Origin: Candidatus Peregrinibacteria bacterium
GTDB lineage: Bacteria > Patescibacteriota > Gracilibacteria > UBA1369
DNA length: 64,000 nucleotides
Assembly: GCA_963708185.1 (NCBI GenBank)
Contig: OY970195.1
Coordinates: 992,001 to 1,056,000, forward strand
Reading direction: 5' to 3'
The notes beneath the pieces were generated by a model that saw nothing but the letters and a program-made list of their open reading frames with translations, was not told the origin of the DNA and made no database searches. The translations under genes were made by a program, and so were the position numbers. Within the stretch, counting starts at the first letter, position 1. The number at the start of each line of letters is the position of its first letter. Of this stretch, positions 58,136 to 64,000 are shown piece by piece.

Positions 58136-58645
58136 ATGGAAAAACAGGTTGTTCAGGACGCCGCCGATGAAATCAACAAGCCTGCGGCGGAAGTTCCTCC
58201 CCCCATCGAAGATGAACTTGCCCAGACTATAAGCGTGCGGCCGCCCGCTCTGAAAAAAGAGTCCACGGGCCTTGAAGTCGCCAAGAGGACGGCGCTCCTT
58301 GCCGCCATCAGCGCCACGGTCGCGGCGCTCGTCAAAAAAACGCTCTACCCGTTTGCCGTAAAATACGGACCGAAAAATTTTCCGATCAATGTTCCGGATG
58401 AAGTCGGATTTTTCAGCGGAGGAATTGGCGGCGGAGCGATGTTCCTCTTCCTGCAGCGAAAGGTCAGTTCCCAAAAAATGAGCCGACGAGATTTTTTTCC
58501 GGTGATCGGAGCCGGGATGGGTGCCGTGATCGGGGGAATGATGACCAAACAGCCCACGCTTCATGAAACGCCACAGGATCCGACGAATTCTCCAGCTTCC
58601 CTTCCTGCTCCGACGGAACCTGCACCGTCGAAGATCACGCAATAA
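58136..58645 (+). CDS. Hypothetical membrane protein
   Basis: Three hydrophobic segments and an internal SRRDFF. Confidence 0.6.
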   Translation: MEKQVVQDAADEINKPAAEVPPPIEDELAQTISVRPPALKKESTGLEVAKRTALLAAISATVAALVKKTLYPFAVKYGPKNFPINVPDEVGFFSGGIGGGAMFLFLQRKVSSQKMSRRDFFPVIGAGMGAVIGGMMTKQPTLHETPQDPTNSPASLPAPTEPAPSKITQ

Positions 58646-58711
58646 CGCGGTTTCCTTTTGCGGTGCATTTATGGTAGTCTACTCGCACAAAGATGGCTTT
58701 GAACCACGATC

Positions 58712-59512
58712 ATGAACATACTTTTTATCGGCGATATTTTTGGACGACCCGGGCGCAACACCGTGAAAAAACTCCTGCCGGAATATCGTAAAAAACTTGA
58801 TATCCACCTGGTGATCGCCAACGCCGAAAACATGCACCACGGCAAAGGCGTTTCGGAACCACTGATGAAAGAGATGCAAAGCGCCGGGGTGGATTTTTTT
58901 ACGTCCGGGAACCACGTCTGGAAGGTCAGGGAGATTATTCCGCGCATGGACGACCCGAAACTTCCTTTGATCCGCCCGGCGAATTACCCGGAACAGGCTC
59001 CGGGGAAAGGCTACCAGGTCATCGAGGACTCCATGAAACGCCGCGTTCTCGTCATCAACCTGATGGGAAGAGTGTTCATGCCGATGCATCTGGACTGTCC
59101 GTTCCGTACCGCCGACAAAATCCTCGACGAGTTCGAAAACGATGACCAGATTTCGGCGATTTTCGTGGACTTCCACGCGGAAACGACGTCCGAAAAAATG
59201 GCTTTGGCCCACTATCTGGACGGACGCGTCACCGCGGTGATCGGTACCCATACCCATGTTCCCACCTACGACGCGAGAGTTCTCGGGGGTGGTACGGCAT
59301 TCCAAAGTGATGTAGGATTTACTGGTCCGATCGATTCGGTGATCGGTCTTGAAAAAGAGGGCATCATCCAGAACTTCATCACACAGGTTCCGCATAAACA
59401 CGAGGTCGCCACCGGCGACACCGTGTTCAACGCCATCAAAATCGAAATCGATGACAAGACCCGCAAAGCCCTTTCCGTTGAACAAATTCAAAAGTATCTT
59501 GAAGACCTTTAA
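58712..59512 (+). CDS. YmdB-like metallophosphoesterase (TIGR00282 family)
   Basis: ILFIGDIFGRPGR, TSGNH, VDFHAETTSEK and GTHTHV. Confidence 0.92.
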   Translation: MNILFIGDIFGRPGRNTVKKLLPEYRKKLDIHLVIANAENMHHGKGVSEPLMKEMQSAGVDFFTSGNHVWKVREIIPRMDDPKLPLIRPANYPEQAPGKGYQVIEDSMKRRVLVINLMGRVFMPMHLDCPFRTADKILDEFENDDQISAIFVDFHAETTSEKMALAHYLDGRVTAVIGTHTHVPTYDARVLGGGTAFQSDVGFTGPIDSVIGLEKEGIIQNFITQVPHKHEVATGDTVFNAIKIEIDDKTRKALSVEQIQKYLEDL

Positions 59513-59521
59513 TTTTCTTTC

Positions 59522-60772
59522 ATGAAAAAATCGACGCGCCTCCTTTCGTATTTTCTCATCTTTGCCGTTGTGTTTCTGTCCGGCTGGGAAGCCGCAGGTT
59601 ATTACGAGCATAAGGTTGCCCTGAGCTCCTCCGGCGATACCCAACAGGAGGTTCCTTCTCCCGTTGCGGCGCTTTCCTCGCTGCTTTCTTCACCCGACCA
59701 GCTCCCCGCCGATCTTTCGCTGTTCTGGAAGGTCTGGGGCATGGTTTCGGACATGTACGTGGATCAGACCGCGATCAACAAACAGACCATGGTCTACGGA
59801 GCGATCAAAGGCATGGTCTCTTCTCTCAACGATCCGTACACGGTTTTCATGACCCCGGACGAGACCAAAGATTTCGACGACAGCTTGAACGGAACACTTG
59901 AAGGCATCGGAGCGGAACTGACGGTCAAAGACGGCGTCCTCGTCATTATTTCGCCGCTTAAGGATTCTCCGGCGGAAAAGGCCGGTTTACTCCCCGGTGA
60001 CGTCGTCTATAAGATCGACGGCAACATCACGAGCGACATGTCGCTCTTCGACGCCATCACGAAAATCCGAGGCGCCAAAGGCACCAAAGTGACCCTGACG
60101 ATTTTACGCAAAGGCAGGAAAGATCCTTTCGACGTGGCCATCACCCGCGACAACGTCAGCATCGACAGCGTAAGCTGGGAAGATAAGGGTAACGGCATTT
60201 ATTACATCGCCATCAACCAGTTCAGCGATAACACCAACGCCGAGTTCGACGACGCCGTGCAGAAAATTCTGTTGAAAGATCCCAAAGGCATTATTCTCGA
60301 CCTTCGCTACAACGGCGGGGGGTATCTCGACAGCTCCGTCCATATCCTTTCGGATTTCCTGAGCGGAAAACAAGCCGCCGTGACGATTAAACGACGCGAT
60401 TCCAAAGATAACGAAACGATGTACGTGACCGGCAACGCTCCACTGGCGGACGTTCCTCTGCTGGTGCTCGTGAATGAAGGTTCTGCTTCGGCTTCGGAAA
60501 TCGTTGCCGGCGCGATCCAGGATCACAAGCGCGGTATCATCATGGGGGAGCAGACCTTCGGCAAAGGCAGCGTCCAGGAAGTCGACGCTCTTCCCGACGG
60601 TTCAAGCCTCCGCATCACGATTGCCAAATGGTACACGCCGAATGACAAGAATATTTCCGAAGTCGGCATCTCTCCTGATATTGTGGTCCCGATGACCGAA
60701 CAGGATTCGGAAGCCAAACTGGATCCGCAAATGGATGCCGCCGTCAAATATTTGCAGGATCTGAAGAAGTAA
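59522..60772 (+). CDS. S41 carboxyl-terminal protease with a PDZ domain
   Basis: LNDPYT, GIGAEL, LDLRYNGGG, SASASEIVAGA and TFGKGSVQ. Confidence 0.92.
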   Translation: MKKSTRLLSYFLIFAVVFLSGWEAAGYYEHKVALSSSGDTQQEVPSPVAALSSLLSSPDQLPADLSLFWKVWGMVSDMYVDQTAINKQTMVYGAIKGMVSSLNDPYTVFMTPDETKDFDDSLNGTLEGIGAELTVKDGVLVIISPLKDSPAEKAGLLPGDVVYKIDGNITSDMSLFDAITKIRGAKGTKVTLTILRKGRKDPFDVAITRDNVSIDSVSWEDKGNGIYYIAINQFSDNTNAEFDDAVQKILLKDPKGIILDLRYNGGGYLDSSVHILSDFLSGKQAAVTIKRRDSKDNETMYVTGNAPLADVPLLVLVNEGSASASEIVAGAIQDHKRGIIMGEQTFGKGSVQEVDALPDGSSLRITIAKWYTPNDKNISEVGISPDIVVPMTEQDSEAKLDPQMDAAVKYLQDLKK

Positions 60773-61088
60773 CCGGGTCCGCGTCACAGAGCCGATAGCC
60801 AAGCCCGTAGACCGTTTCAATGATTTTCGCGGAGTCGTCGGCGTCTATCTTTCGACGGAGATTGGAAATGTGAACCTCCAGGGTATTGGTCAACGTGTGG
60901 ACGTTGTAGTTCCAGACATATTCGAGCAACGCGTTCCGGTTGATGACCTTGTTCTTGTTTTTTGCCATGAACTCAAGAAGCTGGTACTCCTTTTTGCGCA
61001 GGGATATGAGCTTTCCATTGCGCTCGACCTTGTGTTCCTGAGGATGGATCACCAGGTGTTTGAGCTGGATTTTTTTGTGTTCTTTCAT
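60744..61088 (-). CDS. Stand-alone OmpR/PhoB-type winged-helix DNA-binding protein (no receiver domain)
   Basis: LRKKEYQLLEFM, LLEYVW, TLEVHISNLRRKI and IETVYGLGY. Confidence 0.85.
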   Translation of the reverse strand: MKEHKKIQLKHLVIHPQEHKVERNGKLISLRKKEYQLLEFMAKNKNKVINRNALLEYVWNYNVHTLTNTLEVHISNLRRKIDADDSAKIIETVYGLGYRLCDADPVTSSDPANI

Positions 61089-61352
61089 AAGATGCTCGTT
61101 ATGGGGTGGTTGGAAGTCCGGTATACCAAAAATACCGTGAAGCTTTTTTAAAGCCTTCCTGAAATATCCCTAAATTTTTAAGAATATTTTTATGACGGGG
61201 CGGTGATTCGCTTTGCGTCTGCGATTTTTTTTTGTATAGTACGTGGGCAAGCAAAGCTCCGAGCGCACAGCGCGAGGGCGCAGCGAACCGCAGGTGAGCG
61301 GAGCGAGGAAGCTTTGGGTCTCGCGGGGCCCAAAGCGACCGCTGAAAAACAA

Positions 61353-61442
61353 GGAGAGATGGCTGAGCGGTCGAAAGCAACGGTCTTGAAAACCGTCAGG
61401 GGCGCAAGCCCCTCCAGGGTTCGAATCCCTGTCTCTCCGCCA
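61353..61442 (+). tRNA. tRNA-Ser (anticodon UGA)
   Basis: GGAGAGA acceptor stem, acggt-cTTGAaa-accgt anticodon arm, long variable arm, CAGGG-TTCGAAT-CCCTG T arm and encoded CCA. Confidence 0.95.
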
Positions 61443-61467
61443 TTGAATGGCTATTAAATTACTTCTT

Positions 61468-62943
61468 ATGAAAAATAAGAAAATTGCCATTATAGCTGCA
61501 GTTTCGATATTTGTTGTCGTGCTATTAGCAGCTTATTTTTTATCGAATGGAGGAGAACAACTCGGCGCTTCCATAACAAACCTTAATAATCTAAAAATCA
61601 ATACGAAAAATCAGACTTTATCAAATAAACCAATGCAGGGCATTATACATTATGTGGAAATTGATAATGCCGATGGTACTGATAGTTCGAAACTAATTTT
61701 CAACACTGATGACGGCAAATTTATCCCACTGATTATTCCAGTGAAAAATGTTAATGCAGCATTATTGGAAAAGCACATTCAGATTGGTGATTTGAAAAAT
61801 GCATCAACGATTTCTGAAATTAGTGCTCTGCCAAATCGTATTTTAAAGTCGAAATTCGATCATAAAGTTCTGGTTATAACTGTTTATACTGCTGGACAGA
61901 CACCTCCGAATCATATTTTGGATACGCAAATTGAACAGAGAATGCAGGAAGCAGGCGTTGTTTTTGGTAAAAACTCTGATGGGGTAACTAAGACACAATT
62001 TGATTTCTATCATACTGAATTAGCCTATCCTGGCCCAAGTTACTATCAATACAACGATGCCAGTTTTTTGGCTGATAGTAATATCGATTTATCTAAATAT
62101 ACTGATTACTATGTAGTTAATGAAGAGGAGGGTCATGACCTCACAACCCCGACCAATTGTCATGGAATGTCATCTATTGGTCCAAATCAATATATTACTA
62201 GTAAAGGAACTTTCACATTTGGTTTAAGTGAGGTCGATATAGCTTGTTTTTTGTCACAAAATGGAGTCCCTACGCATGAACTCGGACATGCATTTGGTCT
62301 TCAGCATGCTAATTTATTCGTCAACGGGACTACCATTACGGCCCCGCCTGGATATATAGGAGGAAGTGATATTACCCAGGATGGTGATTCACGTTGTAAA
62401 GGTTTGGATATCACCGATCCAAAGGTTTTAGCATTGGGTTATGCTTGTCTGTGGAATTATGGTGATGACACTTTTATGGCATCAGCAAACTACACAAATT
62501 GGGCACATTTTCTGTTGAGTCCGACTGCCAGAGAAAAGTTGGGAGCTCCCATTCACCAGCAATTAGTAGATCATACTGGAGTTTACACGATTTATGCAGA
62601 TAATTATAAAACAGATCAAACCAAGGAAATAATCATTCCTGGAGGCCCAAATGGTTCTTATTCCTTAGAGTATCGTAATATCGACAAACCGGAAATAGTG
62701 ATTCGTTTTTTACCTTCAGACGCATTTAGACATGCAATTGATCCGAATACAGTTACAGCAGGAGATACTTATCGATTGGTAAATAGTTATGACTACTCAT
62801 TGGAATATCACCAATACTTCACTGATCAATACAAAAAAATCACAGTGAATTTTGTTGGCCCAGTTAATGAGCGGCCTTCTGCCTCAATAATAAAACCCGC
62901 TATTCCAGAATCTGCAAGTGTAAATATCTCCTTTGGTTCCTGA
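61468..62943 (+). CDS. Membrane-anchored/secreted zinc metallopeptidase (metzincin), AT-rich
   Basis: N-terminal TM; HELGHAFGLQH (HExxHxxGxxH); NYGDDTFM as a Met-turn-like motif; SLEYR. Confidence 0.8.
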   Translation: MKNKKIAIIAAVSIFVVVLLAAYFLSNGGEQLGASITNLNNLKINTKNQTLSNKPMQGIIHYVEIDNADGTDSSKLIFNTDDGKFIPLIIPVKNVNAALLEKHIQIGDLKNASTISEISALPNRILKSKFDHKVLVITVYTAGQTPPNHILDTQIEQRMQEAGVVFGKNSDGVTKTQFDFYHTELAYPGPSYYQYNDASFLADSNIDLSKYTDYYVVNEEEGHDLTTPTNCHGMSSIGPNQYITSKGTFTFGLSEVDIACFLSQNGVPTHELGHAFGLQHANLFVNGTTITAPPGYIGGSDITQDGDSRCKGLDITDPKVLALGYACLWNYGDDTFMASANYTNWAHFLLSPTAREKLGAPIHQQLVDHTGVYTIYADNYKTDQTKEIIIPGGPNGSYSLEYRNIDKPEIVIRFLPSDAFRHAIDPNTVTAGDTYRLVNSYDYSLEYHQYFTDQYKKITVNFVGPVNERPSASIIKPAIPESASVNISFGS

Positions 62944-62969
62944 CCTTGTTCAAATTTTTACAAAAAGAT

Positions 62970-63134
62970 ATGAGACAAATTCACCGACGTTGCGAGTGGC
63001 CGTTGGGTGACACACTGATGGTCAAATATCATGATACTGAATGGGGCGTACCGGTCAGAAGTGATAAAAAAATATTTGAATTCCTGGTGCTGGAAAGCGC
63101 CCAGGCCGGTTTGTCCTGGAAGCGCCGCGTTTAA
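62970..63134 (+). pseudogene. tag: Truncated DNA-3-methyladenine glycosylase I
   Basis: RCEW...YHDTEWGVP...FEFLVLESAQAGLSW, then a stop after about 54 aa; the family is about 185 aa. Confidence 0.8.
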
Positions 63135-63221
63135 AAGAAAGATTAGAAAAGCCTAAATTTTTATTGAAGTAAGGTTTAAAGTTGGTTAATATGCCAGCGC
63201 TTTCGGCACATTATTGAATAC

Positions 63222-63311
63222 GGAGAGATGGCAGAGTGGTCGAACGCGGCGGTCTTGAAAACCGTTAGGGGCGCAAGCCCCTCGGGGGTTCGAATCCCTG
63301 TCTCTTCGCCA
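63222..63311 (+). tRNA. Second tRNA-Ser (UGA), divergent copy with a T-stem mismatch
   Basis: Same cloverleaf and CCA; the T stem GGGGG/CCCTG contains a G-G mismatch. Confidence 0.8.
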
Positions 63312-63339
63312 TTTGGAAAATATCGCTTCTCTTTTTGCC

Positions 63340-63840
63340 ATGGAATCTGCCCCACTGAAAAAAAGACCAAAATCTTTGGTTGAATTAAGAGATGAGGCGA
63401 CTCTGGGGCTAGTCAAAAAAACTGACCGGAAAATTTTAGCTGTCTGGGCGATTGATTGCGCCTTGCGTGTTTTACCCTACTTCGAAGAAAAATATCCCAA
63501 AGACCAGCGGCCCAGTAGAGCTCTTGAGGTGCTCCGGGAATGGCTTCGGACAGGAGTATTCAAGATGTCGGAAATCCGCAAGGCCTCACTGGATTCCCAC
63601 GCGGCAGCCCGTGAAACGAAAGAGGATAATCCGGCCCGCTCCGCCGCCCGCGCAGCCGGACAGGCGGTGGCAACCGCGCATGTTCCCACTCATTCTCTCG
63701 GATCGGCCATTTACGCCTTACAGGCTGTCTACAGGGCTTCGAGCCCCCAAAAGGCCGATGCCGCCATAGCCAAGGAACGGGATTGGCAATACCGGCATTT
63801 AATCAAATTGAGAAAAATTTATCCCCTCCTGAAGAGATAG
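63340..63840 (+). CDS. Imm5-like putative immunity protein
   Basis: LAVWAIDCALRVL...DQRP..AL...SHAAAR...AARAAGQAVATAHVPTH pattern. Confidence 0.7.
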   Translation: MESAPLKKRPKSLVELRDEATLGLVKKTDRKILAVWAIDCALRVLPYFEEKYPKDQRPSRALEVLREWLRTGVFKMSEIRKASLDSHAAARETKEDNPARSAARAAGQAVATAHVPTHSLGSAIYALQAVYRASSPQKADAAIAKERDWQYRHLIKLRKIYPLLKR

Positions 63841-64000
63841 TACGCGGCTCCTACCAAAATCCAGGCGGTGCCGATGATCCATGCCGTGAGATCGAGGTAG
63901 AAGGTCAGCCCGACGCAGGAAATAAATCCGAGCAGCGGCACCAGGACATGGATTGTTTTCTTTACGGGATGGTCTTTGAAACGGACTTTTTCTTTTCTCA
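63819..64000 (-). CDS. C-terminal end of a membrane transporter (APC-permease-like), partial
   Basis: Manual translation: ...LVPLLGFISCVGLTFYLDLTAWIIGTAWILVGAAYYLFRRG*. Confidence 0.5.
   Translation of the reverse strand, partial: RKEKVRFKDHPVKKTIHVLVPLLGFISCVGLTFYLDLTAWIIGTAWILVGAAYYLFRRG

Noticed and set aside
61353-61442. Opal-suppressor tRNA or genetic code 25
   Set aside because: Anticodon UGA reads the Ser codon UCA. TGA ends several intact genes here (HAD hydrolase, lplB-like, dgt, recX), consistent with code 11.
63340-63840. Imm5-like gene as the immunity partner of the giant kinases
   Set aside because: It is 10 kb away in a tRNA-linked variable region, and this family commonly occurs as an orphan.

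Overview
Chromosomal window from a small-genome bacterium. Gene content (Xer recombinase type, SLH/FlgD-Ig surface proteins, PilB/PilX/DprA, many orphan ORFs) and TGA used as stop (code 11) point to Patescibacteria/CPR, most plausibly Peregrinibacteria-like; this assignment is inference. The housekeeping backbone includes pcrA/uvrD, a lipoate ligase/lipA/pdhABC cluster, nrdR-dgt, a Xer recombinase, ftsE, purM, dprA, pilB, nusA, recX-recA, a ymdB-like phosphoesterase, an S41 peptidase and two tRNA-Ser(UGA). The strongest candidate for an undescribed system is a three-gene cassette present twice (32746-39852 and 45416-53371/53920). Each copy has a small helical protein, then a 2050 or 2346 aa giant protein, then a ~190 aa protein. 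The giants share a conserved N-terminal helical region and hydrophobic segment, carry different central cargo (HExxH peptidase-like versus degenerate GGDEF-like) and end in a Ser/Thr kinase. This resembles a polymorphic effector/immunity architecture. Other notable items: a mosaic tandem array of three lipoproteins with myxobacterial hallmarks (MYXO-CTERM-like tail, DAG/DGG linkers); an M23-SLH-Cys-rich protein with a probable terminal frameshift; a perfect 18-bp palindrome in the recA promoter spacer; a 3x39-bp in-frame repeat in dgt; two unannotated small membrane-protein paralogs; and an AT-rich insert between two tRNA-Ser copies.
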